The notes: generated from the letters alone by a model not told the origin. Numbered from the stretch's first letter, positions 19,873 through 29,816 are shown. The stretch is DNA of 48,397 nt from an uncultured Candidatus Saccharibacteria bacterium (GCA_964531785.1 CAZHFF010000005.1:1-48397), one strand, 5' to 3'. Made by a program: numbers and translations.

Positions 19873-21435
19873 TTATGCGAAGAGTGCACCGTGCGCGGTC
19901 TTCCACTGCTCTGCCGCTTCGGCGAGTTTCGTTTTGGTTTCGTCCGAAAGGTCTTTTTCCTTGCGAAGCGTCTCAAGAACGCTCGAGTGTTGGTTATCGA
20001 GGAACTCCACGAATGCTGTTGCGGCCGACATGGTCTTTGACACCGGTACGGCATCAAAGAGGCCTTCGTTGGCGGCGACGATGACCGCGACTTGCTTCTC
20101 GAACCCGAGCGGCTTGTTCTGAGGCTGTTTGAGGATTTCAACGAGCCGTGCTCCCTTGTTGAGGCGTTTGGTCGTTTCCTCATCAAGGTCGCTTGCGAAC
20201 TGGGCGAACGCTTCAAGTTCTCGGTACTGGGCAAGTTCGATACGCATTTTGCCGGCCACTTTCTTCATGGCCTTGGTCTGTGCAGAGCTGCCTACCCGTG
20301 AGACCGAGAGACCCACGTTGATAGCGGGACGCACGCCCTTGTTGAACAGGTCCGTCTCAAGGTAAATCTGGCCGTCGGTGATCGAGATCACGTTCGTGGG
20401 GATGTACGCCGACACGTCGCCCTCCTGCGTTTCGATTATAGGAAGTGCCGTAATTGAACCGCCGCCGAACTTTTGGTCGAGCTTCGCAGATCGTTCCAAG
20501 AGTCGTGAGTGCAGGTAGAAGATGTCGCCAGGGAACGCTTCGCGGCCGGGTGGACGACGCAAGAGGAGCGACACCTCGCGGTAGGCGACCGACTGCTTCG
20601 AGAGATCATCATAGATGATGAGCACGTCCTTCCCCTGTTCCATAAAGTACTCACCCATCGAAACACCTGCATAGGGGGCGAGAAATTGGAGGGCTGCGGG
20701 GTCAGAGGCGGGCGCATTCACCACGATCGTGTATTCCATCGCTCCCTCTTCCTTGAGCTTGGCGACAATCTTGGCGGTCTTTGATTCTTTTTGACCGATG
20801 GCTACGTATATACAAAGGGGGCGCGTTTCTTTCGGTTCCGTTTTTTGGTTCAGGATCGTGTCGATTGCGATCATGGTCTTTCCGGTCCCGCGATCTCCGA
20901 TGATAAGCTCGCGCTGCCCGCGACCGATCGGGACCATCGCGTCGACTGCCTTAAGGCCCGTATGGAGCGGCGTGTTGACGCTCTTTCGCTCGATCACGGG
21001 GTGTGCGGGACGTTCGACAGGGTACATGGCGGTTTCCTTCACCGGTCCCTTGCCATCGAGGGGTTCACCGAGGGTATTCACGACTCGACCGACGAGCGCG
21101 TCGCCCACCGGTACAGAAAGTACGCGTCCGGTCGAGCGCACGGTCATACCTTCGGTCACCCGACGTGTGTCGCCGAGCACTACTGCGCGCACCGAACCTT
21201 CTTCAAGGTTGAGCACCATGCCGTACAGGCGTCCCTCTGCCTTGATCGTGTCCTCGAGCGAAGCGTTGCTTCCGGTGTCGAACTCTATCATTTCCGCCAT
21301 GAGCGCATGGGAGAGACCATCGATCTCTGCCACACCGTCACCAATCGCGACCACGGTACCGACACCCTCCGCTTCAACCACAGTCTCGAACGACTCGAGC
21401 TGCTTCCTTAGTTTCTCTACGATCGTCGTTGACAT
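19873..21435 (-). CDS. atpA: F1 ATP synthase alpha subunit
   Basis: GDRGTGKT Walker [32 protein letters not shown] and SITDGQIYL. Confidence 0.97.
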   Translation of the reverse strand: MSTTIVEKLRKQLESFETVVEAEGVGTVVAIGDGVAEIDGLSHALMAEMIEFDTGSNASLEDTIKAEGRLYGMVLNLEEGSVRAVVLGDTRRVTEGMTVRSTGRVLSVPVGDALVGRVVNTLGEPLDGKGPVKETAMYPVERPAHPVIERKSVNTPLHTGLKAVDAMVPIGRGQRELIIGDRGTGKTMIAIDTILNQKTEPKETRPLCIYVAIGQKESKTAKIVAKLKEEGAMEYTIVVNAPASDPAALQFLAPYAGVSMGEYFMEQGKDVLIIYDDLSKQSVAYREVSLLLRRPPGREAFPGDIFYLHSRLLERSAKLDQKFGGGSITALPIIETQEGDVSAYIPTNVISITDGQIYLETDLFNKGVRPAINVGLSVSRVGSSAQTKAMKKVAGKMRIELAQYRELEAFAQFASDLDEETTKRLNKGARLVEILKQPQNKPLGFEKQVAVIVAANEGLFDAVPVSKTMSAATAFVEFLDNQHSSVLETLRKEKDLSDETKTKLAEAAEQWKTAHGALFA

Positions 21436-21437
21436 AG

Positions 21438-21839
21438 TTACTCTGCTCGCTTAAGGGTTTCGAATAAAGTGGTAAGTGTTCGCTTGTAGGTTCGATCAAT
21501 GCGTTTCCCTTGTGATCGTACCTCGTACCCGCCGATAGCGGTATCGTCGAGAATAATGCGGGTCGGGCCCGTGCCCGCGCCGAGCGATTCCCGGTCCCTG
21601 GCTATCCTGTCGGCAAAGACCGATGCGTCATGTTCCCGAGCAACGCGCACGAGGCACTCCGCTCTCGTGGCACGCCGCGCTATGATGCGCTCGTACTCAC
21701 GCACGACCTTGGGAAAGAGCCTGAGATGGCCACGCTCTCGCAGGAGATCCAGAAGCCGCGGCACCGCTTGTTCGAGTACCGACTCGTCCGCCCCGGTCGT
21801 GGCCTTGTAGAGTGCTTGTGCGTAGTGAGTCGCCTGCAT
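21438..21839 (-). CDS. atpH: F1 ATP synthase delta subunit (short form, about 133 aa)
   Basis: Position in the operon, YAQALYKA at the N-terminus and [20 protein letters not shown] at the C-terminus. The ATG at 21839 avoids overlap with atpF. Confidence 0.8.
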   Translation of the reverse strand: MQATHYAQALYKATTGADESVLEQAVPRLLDLLRERGHLRLFPKVVREYERIIARRATRAECLVRVAREHDASVFADRIARDRESLGAGTGPTRIILDDTAIGGYEVRSQGKRIDRTYKRTLTTLFETLKRAE

Positions 21840-21843
21840 GGTG

Positions 21844-22293
21844 TTATGCTGCTTTTTCTCGGAGAGTCTTCTCGACACCGAGGACTACGAGCTTCGCTAT
21901 CTCCTCTTTGCTCTTCACCAGGGCCTCGCGCTCGGTCTCCTTGGCCTTGAGGGTAGCCTCACTCACGATACGCGCCGCCTTCTCCTCCGCCTCGCGCACG
22001 AGCGACTGCTCCTTCTGTTTGCTCGCCGTACGCGCGGTTTTCAGGAGCTCTTCAGCCTCGAGCGATGCCTTAGTGATGAGCTCCGCCTTTTTTGCGTCCG
22101 CATCACGGAGCGCCGCATCAGCACGTTCGGCCTTAGCGACACCCTCAATGATCTGGGCCCTCCGGTTCTCTACCATTGCCACGAGCGGCCGATACAGTAG
22201 GTACCAGAGTACGAAGAGCAGTATGCTGAAGTTAATGATCTGAACGATCAGTATCCTCCAGTCGATGCCGAATACCGCGAGTATCTGTTCCAT
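21844..22293 (-). CDS. atpF: Fo ATP synthase subunit b
   Basis: Single N-terminal TM followed by a long charged helix (AEEL..EAEEKAARI). Operon position. Confidence 0.88.
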   Translation of the reverse strand: MEQILAVFGIDWRILIVQIINFSILLFVLWYLLYRPLVAMVENRRAQIIEGVAKAERADAALRDADAKKAELITKASLEAEELLKTARTASKQKEQSLVREAEEKAARIVSEATLKAKETEREALVKSKEEIAKLVVLGVEKTLREKAA

Positions 22294-22374
22294 GCGAGTA
22301 AGGTTAAGGTTGCTGGTGTGAGTGACGGGTCGCGGGTGACTTGGGCTTATGTTGCCGGACCTCGCACCCGTACA

Positions 22375-22602
22375 CTAGGTGAACTTAATGATGAAGCCAA
22401 CGACCAGGGCGAAGATCGCGAGGGCCTCGGTGAACGCGACACCGATGAACATGGTTGTGGTGATCTTGCCGGATGCGTCCGGATTGCGCCCGATCGCCTC
22501 AAGTGCCTTACCGACCAAGTGGCCGATACCGAGCGCCGGGCCAATGACACCGATACCGACGACCAGTGCCATCGAGAGTGTCTTCATTGCTTCTAGCTCC
22601 AT
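22375..22602 (-). CDS. atpE: Fo ATP synthase subunit c
   Basis: 75-aa helical hairpin with GIGPALGIG, RNPD and FTEALAIFALV (carboxylate E). Confidence 0.93.
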   Translation of the reverse strand: MELEAMKTLSMALVVGIGVIGPALGIGHLVGKALEAIGRNPDASGKITTTMFIGVAFTEALAIFALVVGFIIKFT

Positions 22603-22638
22603 ATGTGCGTGTTGTGATTAGTAATGATTGATAATCAA

Positions 22639-23463
22639 CTAGTGTGCTTCGCTCACGGCAAGTTTAATGAAAAACAGCGTGAGCAAGGTGAAGATCGCCG
22701 CCTGTATGAAGCCTACGAAGACCTCGTACAGCATGAGCGGCACCGGAACAATGTACGGCAGAAAGTACATCGCGACAAGTATCAGCGTCTTGCCCGCGAA
22801 CATGTTACCGAACAGACGGAACGAGAACGAAACAAGGCGGGCGAGCTCGGAGAGGAGCTCGATGAGGCCTACGAGGAAGCCGATCACGCTCCTGAAGTTC
22901 AGGAACTTGCCCAGGTATGGCAGGAGCCCGAGATAGAGGACACCCGACACCTCGATTGCAACGAACGCGATGATCGCGAGCGCGAGCGTCACGTTGAGGT
23001 CGGTGGAGATGGGGTAAATGAGGGAAACCGCGTGATGCGACTCCTCCTTTTCTGCGTGCGTTTCAGCCTCAGCGTAGAGCGGGTCGCCCGGGATGCCGGT
23101 CGCTTCAGCATATGATCCAGCATGCGTGTCTATCGTGATCGAACCTATGCCGGGGATGAGTCCGTACCAGTTACCGAGCAAGATAAAAAGGAACAAGGTC
23201 GTGAGGAGCGGAAAGAAGCGGAGGGCGAGCTTGCGTGATTCGAGCACTTCTTCGATGTAATCGAGCAGGAATCCGAACAGTGTTTCAAAGAATGTTTGGA
23301 CCTTGCTCGGTATCTTGGCAGGCGATCGGCCCACGAAGTAGGCGATGGCGATCAGGGTTGCCATCACGAGCCAGCTCATGAGCATGGTGTTGGTGATAGG
23401 CAACCCGAACAGGCTGAAGACCTCTTCTGCTTTGAGTGCGATATGTATGCCTTCTCCGTGCAT
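22639..23463 (-). CDS. atpB: Fo ATP synthase subunit a
   Basis: SFSFRLFGNMFAG (essential Arg) with a polytopic layout. First gene of the operon. Confidence 0.93.
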   Translation of the reverse strand: MHGEGIHIALKAEEVFSLFGLPITNTMLMSWLVMATLIAIAYFVGRSPAKIPSKVQTFFETLFGFLLDYIEEVLESRKLALRFFPLLTTLFLFILLGNWYGLIPGIGSITIDTHAGSYAEATGIPGDPLYAEAETHAEKEESHHAVSLIYPISTDLNVTLALAIIAFVAIEVSGVLYLGLLPYLGKFLNFRSVIGFLVGLIELLSELARLVSFSFRLFGNMFAGKTLILVAMYFLPYIVPVPLMLYEVFVGFIQAAIFTLLTLFFIKLAVSEAH

Positions 23464-23504
23464 GGTTTCTAACGCACAACACAGCCCACTGTGCGGTTGC
23501 CGAC

Positions 23505-23513
23505 ACTATAGCA
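23505..23513 (-). promoter_or_regulatory. extended -10 element TGCTATAGT upstream of atpB (candidate atp operon promoter)
   Basis: The minus strand reads CCATGCTATAGTGTCGG, 41 nt upstream of the atpB ATG. Confidence 0.4.
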
Positions 23514-23679
23514 TGGAGTGCGTGAAAAATGAAAGCGTCGCCCCTTGCCTAACGACACCAGGTCCGTAGGAGCGTTAAACGCAGACTCGAGGTGTTATTC
23601 TGGCAGTGCCGATTTCTCGACCGGTCTTTAAGAAGTCGCGGAAGGTTAGGCGCTGCTTGAGCGTGATACTTTCACTGTT

Positions 23680-26600
23680 TCAGTACTCTTGGAGCTGCCA
23701 GGAGGCTGTGGTGCATGCCTCGTCACGACATCCGCACCGCCATTGTCCCTTGGTCAGAACACAGGTGAATGCGACCACGGAACCAGTTTGATCGCTCAAG
23801 ATCGAGTATGCTCGCCCTCGCAGCCAGTTCGTTCCGAACGCGCTCGCTGCGCCGAATAGATCGATCTGCTTCCAACCGTCCGGTTTGCGCTCGAACGCAT
23901 ACCGGTAAACGAGCGTATCATTGCTGCCGTCCCCGACCCGGAGTACGCGACGTTCTCCCACGCAGACTATCTCGATGAGCAGCGACCGCATACTCGAGTG
24001 TATGTTCCATGGCAGGCCGAACGAGCCGCGTACCCTGTCCTCTGCATGTATACGATGACAAAGTGTGACTGGAGCCATAGTGCCGTTCTCAGCCTCCAGT
24101 AGCGGTTCCGTGCTGGATCCGCTCTCTGTGGGTAAGGCTGTCGGCTGGTCATCGTCGCTCACCTCTAACGGGGCCTCGACTACTGCTGTCAGGTTTACAG
24201 GCTTGCCCCCTGGTCGGTTACGCACAGGCTCCACTACCGTGACGGTGACACTGGTAGTTGCCGTACCCCCTTCACCAACACAGGAGATCTCATAGATGCT
24301 TGTTGTGGAAGGGGTCACCATTGCGGAGCCGCTCGTCGCGGCGGCTGTAGGAAACCCGATACCAGTACAGGAAGTGGCATGTTCGCTGCTCCAGGTAAGT
24401 GTGACTTGCTCTCCTGCCGCGATCGACCCCGGTGTGGCACTGAGGGAAACGGTAGGTGCGGGAGGTGTATACGTGTACTCGATCGCATAGTCACCATCCG
24501 TACCAGAGAACACGACGTACTCAATCCCCTTGATGGTTGTCGTCGAGTGTGCGTATGCTCCACCGTTCTTCCTCACGGTTACCAGTGATTCGCTGCCGAC
24601 CTCGGTCGGGAGCATCACCATGAGTCCGTCAGCGTTGCTTGCTGGCTCGAGGGTAAAGCTCAGGATGCCGTTCGCGAAGGATAAGTTACGATAGGTTGAT
24701 TCGTTGCGAGCGTCGGTCCATTTCAGTGCTTGTTCTGCGGTTATGAGCGGGACGTTATTTGTGTACGCGACGTTCTTCATCGCTTGCTCGAAGCCGTCAC
24801 CCCGGTTATCCCCATGCGTGCCCAGGATACCAAAGTAGCCTTGTGTGCCTCGTGCGAGATCAATCATTTCCTGTACCTTGTCGGGGTAGATCATGCCGTT
24901 CTCGTTTACAAGCTGTGTCGGTGCTTGGTAGACGTTGTGGGCAAAGCCGTTGATGTTCGTGTACCGCATAGGAAAACCCGAGCCGGTGAAATAGCCCGGT
25001 CTGTTCTGGACCCAAGAAGCCGGCCAGTAGTAGTAGTTGAGATCTAGGCGTATGTCGCTGTCAGCCATCACCTCGACCTGGTCGGACCAATCACTCCAGA
25101 CAATGCAGTGGTACCGGTGGGTGAGCTGAGTTGGCAAGCTCGAATAGAAATGATTGAACCCGAACAGTTGCTGTACATACGTTGCTCGGTAGATATCTAG
25201 TGAGTATGCGGTGCATGGTTCAGGACCGCGAACGTGGACACCAAACTCGAAACCCTGGGACGCAAAGCTCGATGCCTCATTGTTGGTGATCGAGTTGTTC
25301 GGTGCCACATACGTCCACACGGTTGCCCTGAGACATTCCCAGTCATCCAGTGCGCAAGCAGGAGTGCTCGACGCGATGAGCGAGTTAAAGTAGTTTTTTG
25401 TCGCACCTGATGCCGGACTGTGGTCATCTATCGTCATCATGATGGCAACCTTGTGGAGGTGGGGTAGGTACCAGAAGCGCGGGATCGGCATCTGGTCCTC
25501 GCTCATGGTAAGTATCAGGTGTGCGAGCAGGCGCTGCTGTTCGTCGGCTTGGGGTATGGCCACTTTGCTCAGGTCGACGTAGTTCGGATGGAACAGGTCA
25601 TTTGGCCGAGGCACTCCGTCCCCATTCACATCGAGTCCAGCGTTCGCCGGGTTGCCTTGGCGCGAGTAGATGACACTGCGTGCCAGGTCGAACGCAAAGG
25701 TTGCGACCTGCCCTCCCGCTGTTCCAACGGTCCGTAAGATCACTGCCGGCTCGATTGCCGGTGTCGTACTGCCGGTATGAAGCGACGCGATTATGTCACC
25801 GCTTGCTGCGCTGTAGAGGTCTGCAGTGCCATGGTACTGTATCGTCTCATGGACGAGCCCGGCTCCTTCACGGGTGGTCGATGCAATGCTCAGGTAGCCG
25901 TCACCCTGTGTGCCGCTCACGGTAACGCCGGCAAGCTCGTGTAGGTCTGCCTCGGGCCGCATGAGGATCAGGTTACCCCCTGCCTCGACCCAGTTGATGA
26001 TGTGATCAACCTGTGCAGTACTCAGGTTGATCGATCCAACGATCATGGTCACGTACAAAGACAGGTCGGTCGCAAGCAGATCATCAACGTCAAGCTGGGC
26101 GAACGCGGTGAAGCCTTCCGCTCGCAGAATCTCCGCATAGTATTGCGAAAAGCCGTCGGCTTCACTGTAGAGCACGAGCATAGGTCCGCCGGCAGCGGTG
26201 GGAAGTACCAGTTCCGTTTTGAAGGTCAGCACATAATCGCCCTCAAGTAGATTGCCTTCGATGTCTCGCAGACCACCGTCGCGTTCAATAGTCAGCGTGT
26301 ACGTGGTCGTGCCCCGTAGAGGCTCTGACGGCTCGATAAAGAGCTCGTACGTGCCGCTCGTGTAGCGCCTGGTCACGCTCACTGATGCCCCATGTGAATC
26401 GACCAGCGAGATATTCGCACCTGCGACACTGGTCTCGTCAAGCGCTTCGCTGAAGTGGATACTGAACTTTTTGTGTATCGACACGTTCGTTTCGTTCTGT
26501 ACCGGGCTGCTCTTCCTTACTGTCGGAGGATCGGTTTCTGCGAGGTCGTCAATAAAAACAATGTCAACGAAGTATGACGCTCCGTTCGCACTAGCTGTGT

Positions 26601-27969
26601 CTGGGAAGGAGCCGGCCGCACCGTTGTACACGCCGTTCGCCGATATCTCGTGTGCATAGGCGGTAACAGGGCCATTCGTGACCGGGTCATTTTGGAAGTA
26701 GCCAGGTGTCGCCACATACCGGCCGGAGCTCATTGCCGAGTAGGAAACCACATAGGTCGTGCTCGCGGTTATGGCGACCGGTGTATCGAAACGCGCTTCA
26801 TACCAGCCAGGTATGCCGGGGGTCCCGGTAACAGCAACCAGCGTCGTTGATGCCAACTGCGTGCCGTCTGCGGTCCAGAGCCGGCCGATCTCTCCCCCTG
26901 TAGAATCAAGGTGCTTGTAGAACCGCACGGCAGTGACGTAGCCGCTTGTCACCGTCTCGAATTTGGTGCCGAGTTCAAGCGGTGTACCGTCACTGTAGTA
27001 GTAAGCAGGCAGGTCATCGGCGTCCCAGATAGAACAGGGACACCCTTCTACGGTTGCAGTTGTAAATGAAAGCGAAAACTCGTTCGCTAACGCATTACCT
27101 GCCCAGTCGGTAATGCCGGTTGTGCTTGCGAAGGTGAGCGTATATCCGGTGTTGTTGTCCAGGATACTCACCGGCCTGATCGTGAACTCGTAGCGGCCGG
27201 TGTCGTAGCTGACCTCGATCGGGACAGGCGCGCCCCCGTCTTTTGTAAGCGTGATCGCGTCGCTCGTCATCGAGCTCGTTGCGATGATCTCATCGAACCG
27301 CACGCGTACCGCGACCCAGGGGGATACCTCAGTCTGGCCATCGGCCACACTGCTTGCGACGACCTCGGGAGGTGTGGTTTCGTTCACATCTTCTACAAAC
27401 ACCACGTCAGCATAATATGATCCGCCCTCGAACGTGGCGGTCGGGAAGCTGCCAGATGCGCCGAATACGCCGTTTGCGCTCACATTCGTGTTGTATGCTG
27501 AAAGCGCACCGGACGTAGTGGTTGCGCCATTAAAGAAACCACTGGTAAAGACGTAGGCATAACGACTGCCGGCCAGAGCTGACAAAACATTATTGTATGA
27601 AACGATATAGGTTTGGCCGGCCGTTATAGCGATCGGAGTCTCGAGCACTGTCGTTTGCCATCCCGGGGTGGATACTGATGTGGTGGCGAACGTTGCTGAT
27701 CCTAGTAGCGCACCAGCCCCGCTCCATAAGCGGCCGGTCTCACCCCCGTTCGAGTTCGCAGCCCTGTAATGACGTAGGGCTATGATGTGCCCATGCTGAC
27801 TCGAAACGAACTTGGTGCCGAGCTCGCTAGCCCCGGCATCCGAGTGATTCACCGTAGCTGGAGTATCATCAAGCGCCCATATACTGTCCGCAGCAACGGC
27901 AAGTATGGGGGTTACGAACAGAAGCGTAACTATGCCAAGCAGGTAGCGAGCGCCCGAACTTTTCATCAT
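23680..27969 (-). CDS. giant secreted multidomain protein: signal peptide, 2x(DUF4082 + Ig-like), GATase1-like/deacetylase-like core, Ig-like, linker, C-terminal six-Cys domain
   Basis: Starts MMKSSGARYLLGIVTLLFVTPILAVAAD (signal). DUF4082-like blocks ELGTKFVSSQHGHIIALRHYR..GRLWS and ELGTKFETVTSGYVTAVRFYK..GRLWT. SbsA/Big_5-like Ig modules after each block. The track ORF start (28116) runs through a terminator hairpin, so it was rejected. Confidence 0.85.
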   Translation of the reverse strand: MMKSSGARYLLGIVTLLFVTPILAVAADSIWALDDTPATVNHSDAGASELGTKFVSSQHGHIIALRHYRAANSNGGETGRLWSGAGALLGSATFATTSVSTPGWQTTVLETPIAITAGQTYIVSYNNVLSALAGSRYAYVFTSGFFNGATTTSGALSAYNTNVSANGVFGASGSFPTATFEGGSYYADVVFVEDVNETTPPEVVASSVADGQTEVSPWVAVRVRFDEIIATSSMTSDAITLTKDGGAPVPIEVSYDTGRYEFTIRPVSILDNNTGYTLTFASTTGITDWAGNALANEFSLSFTTATVEGCPCSIWDADDLPAYYYSDGTPLELGTKFETVTSGYVTAVRFYKHLDSTGGEIGRLWTADGTQLASTTLVAVTGTPGIPGWYEARFDTPVAITASTTYVVSYSAMSSGRYVATPGYFQNDPVTNGPVTAYAHEISANGVYNGAAGSFPDTASANGASYFVDIVFIDDLAETDPPTVRKSSPVQNETNVSIHKKFSIHFSEALDETSVAGANISLVDSHGASVSVTRRYTSGTYELFIEPSEPLRGTTTYTLTIERDGGLRDIEGNLLEGDYVLTFKTELVLPTAAGGPMLVLYSEADGFSQYYAEILRAEGFTAFAQLDVDDLLATDLSLYVTMIVGSINLSTAQVDHIINWVEAGGNLILMRPEADLHELAGVTVSGTQGDGYLSIASTTREGAGLVHETIQYHGTADLYSAASGDIIASLHTGSTTPAIEPAVILRTVGTAGGQVATFAFDLARSVIYSRQGNPANAGLDVNGDGVPRPNDLFHPNYVDLSKVAIPQADEQQRLLAHLILTMSEDQMPIPRFWYLPHLHKVAIMMTIDDHSPASGATKNYFNSLIASSTPACALDDWECLRATVWTYVAPNNSITNNEASSFASQGFEFGVHVRGPEPCTAYSLDIYRATYVQQLFGFNHFYSSLPTQLTHRYHCIVWSDWSDQVEVMADSDIRLDLNYYYWPASWVQNRPGYFTGSGFPMRYTNINGFAHNVYQAPTQLVNENGMIYPDKVQEMIDLARGTQGYFGILGTHGDNRGDGFEQAMKNVAYTNNVPLITAEQALKWTDARNESTYRNLSFANGILSFTLEPASNADGLMVMLPTEVGSESLVTVRKNGGAYAHSTTTIKGIEYVVFSGTDGDYAIEYTYTPPAPTVSLSATPGSIAAGEQVTLTWSSEHATSCTGIGFPTAAATSGSAMVTPSTTSIYEISCVGEGGTATTSVTVTVVEPVRNRPGGKPVNLTAVVEAPLEVSDDDQPTALPTESGSSTEPLLEAENGTMAPVTLCHRIHAEDRVRGSFGLPWNIHSSMRSLLIEIVCVGERRVLRVGDGSNDTLVYRYAFERKPDGWKQIDLFGAASAFGTNWLRGRAYSILSDQTGSVVAFTCVLTKGQWRCGCRDEACTTASWQLQEY

Positions 27970-27979
27970 CGTACAGGTC

Positions 27980-27988
27980 ACTATAGCA
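27980..27988 (-). promoter_or_regulatory. extended -10 element TGCTATAGT, 10 nt upstream of the giant-gene ATG
   Basis: The minus strand reads CTTGCTATAGTGACCTGTACGATGATG, which implies a leaderless or near-leaderless transcript. Confidence 0.4.
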
Positions 27989-28104
27989 AGTATCGGTCGG
28001 TATGTGCGAGCGTCGAGGGTGTGGAAAAGACATGGTTCGCTTGATATGTAGGTGTTACGTGCTGGTCCAGAGGCTTTGGACGTGCCCGTCCGGTTCATCC
28101 CTGC

Positions 28105-28131
28105 AAAAAAGCCCACCTTGTGGAGGTGGGC
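28105..28131 (-). terminator. rho-independent terminator after the LeuA-family gene
   Basis: The minus strand reads GCCCACC TCCACAA GGTGGGC followed by TTTTTTG. A second 7-bp hairpin (CGGTCGG/CCGACCG) lies just upstream. Confidence 0.75.
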
Positions 28132-28179
28132 TCGGTCGGGCGTGTGGGTCCGACCGTAGTTGTGTGAGCGGTTACGGTA

Positions 28180-29712
28180 CTAGCTCGGTGACGATTCGAG
28201 AGCTAGACTCACCGCGTAGACGAGGGCTTTAACGACCGCCGTTTGTGCGTCTTGGTCCGTCGCTTCACCGACGTACGGCCGCTCTTTGATGCTAACAACG
28301 ACTCGTGCGTGGGCGAACGCCCCGGCGCCTTCCCCGAGGCTCTGCTGGTCTTCTGAGACCACACGGACCTGGAGTCCCGCAAGTTCTTCAACACATGCGG
28401 CAGCAGCGTGTACCGCTCCCTGTGATGACGCGGCTACTGTTTGCCTCGTATCCGTGTCAGCGAACGAGACCTTGAGCGTCACGATCGCCTGGCGGGTGCC
28501 GTTGGTGCCGCTGCTTTGCACCTCGATGTGCTGGGCCACAGCGGCACGATGCGTCATGCGGAACTGTACATCGCGAGCGAGCGCGACAAGCGACGGGGTG
28601 TTGAGGGTGTCGCCCCGGTCCCAAATTCGACGTACACGAGCCATCAGGTCTTCGAACATCGGCTCGGTAACTGGCACCTGGTGCTCATCGAGCAGTTTCT
28701 TGATCCCCTTCCTGCCTGATTCGGGGGTCAGCGCTATGTCGCTCGTTTCGGGCTTACCGAACATGCCGCGGGGGATCGCCTCGTAATAGGCTCCGGCCGC
28801 TTGGTGGATCCCCGAGCTGTGTCGGTGCGTATCGTTCCCCATGACCGGGTAGTTCACCGGCAGGGCACGGCCGGTCGCGCGTGCGATGAGGTCGTAGACC
28901 GAGTACAGGTAGGTCGGCTTCATGCCGGTCGTGTAGCGTCCCTCGAACTGGAGCTCGAGACTGGCAATGACCTGCGCCATATCTGCGTTCCCAGTACGTT
29001 CGCCGAGTCCGCCGATGCTGCACTCGATCTCGTCTGCACCACCAATGACCGCAGCGATGCTGTTCGCTACGGCCATGCCAAAGTCGTTATGGCAATGCAC
29101 GCAGATCCGAACCTGTGCGGGATCGAACTCCTTGCGAAGGGGGCGCACGAGACGCTCCATCGTAAAGAAGTCTGTCTTCCCCAAAGTGTCCGGAACATTG
29201 ATCGTTGTAGCGCCGGCGTCTACGACCGCTCGGTAGAAACGGATCAGACGGTCTATGGGCGTGCTCGTTGCGTCCTCGCACGAGAACCGCACCTGAGCGC
29301 CGAGCTCAACCGCGCGGCGCACGGCGTTCACTGCTCGTTCGAGAGCCTCGTCCTCGGTCAGTCGGAGCTTGTGCGTGAGGTGATTGTCGGACGTGGCGAT
29401 GAATATATGGATCTCGCCTCGGTTCTCTCCGATCGCTTTTTCGAGGCATTCGGCAGCCTGGTTGACACTTTCGATCGTTGATAGTGCCAGGGCACCGACG
29501 ACGATGGTCGTGGTGTTGTCGACGATTGCACGTATCGTGTTACGGTGCAGCTGGTTGCTCACGGGCATGCCGGCCTCAATGCGGTACACGCCCGCTCGTT
29601 CCAGAAGTTGTGCAAACTCGACGGCGGTCTGCACGGAGATCGGGTCGATGTCGGGCGTCTGTCGCCCGTCGCGCAACGTGGTGTCCGTTATCTGGATCAT
29701 CCGCTGTGTCAT
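28180..29712 (-). CDS. 2-isopropylmalate/citramalate/homocitrate synthase family protein (HMGL-like domain + LeuA-dimer C-terminal domain)
   Basis: ITDTTLRDGRQT and VHCHNDFGMAVANS (HxH metal site), with a C-terminal roughly 130-aa regulatory-type domain. ATG at 29712 preceded by GAGGAAG. Substrate cannot be assigned. Confidence 0.85.
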   Translation of the reverse strand: MTQRMIQITDTTLRDGRQTPDIDPISVQTAVEFAQLLERAGVYRIEAGMPVSNQLHRNTIRAIVDNTTTIVVGALALSTIESVNQAAECLEKAIGENRGEIHIFIATSDNHLTHKLRLTEDEALERAVNAVRRAVELGAQVRFSCEDATSTPIDRLIRFYRAVVDAGATTINVPDTLGKTDFFTMERLVRPLRKEFDPAQVRICVHCHNDFGMAVANSIAAVIGGADEIECSIGGLGERTGNADMAQVIASLELQFEGRYTTGMKPTYLYSVYDLIARATGRALPVNYPVMGNDTHRHSSGIHQAAGAYYEAIPRGMFGKPETSDIALTPESGRKGIKKLLDEHQVPVTEPMFEDLMARVRRIWDRGDTLNTPSLVALARDVQFRMTHRAAVAQHIEVQSSGTNGTRQAIVTLKVSFADTDTRQTVAASSQGAVHAAAACVEELAGLQVRVVSEDQQSLGEGAGAFAHARVVVSIKERPYVGEATDQDAQTAVVKALVYAVSLALESSPS

Positions 29713-29758
29713 GACTTCCTCGCTTGTCAAAGGGCGGCCGAGCGGTCACCTGACCGTC

Positions 29759-29816
29759 GGAAAAGAACAGGGTTACGCGCTGCGTAACGAACAAACCCTC
29801 CGGCGCGGAGGGTTTG
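29759..29816 (-). terminator. two tandem terminator-like hairpins between the hypothetical gene and the LeuA-family gene
   Basis: The minus strand reads CAAACCCTCC GCGCC GGAGGGTTTG + TTCGTT, then GTTACGC AGC GCGTAAC + CCTGTTCTTTTCC. Confidence 0.5.

Noticed and set aside
27970-28116. N-terminal extension of the giant ORF (MGFFAGMNRTG...)
   Set aside because: The extension runs through the GCCCACC/GGTGGGC-T6 terminator of the upstream gene and lacks a signal peptide. The ATGATG at 27969 is followed directly by a signal peptide and preceded by TGCTATAGT.
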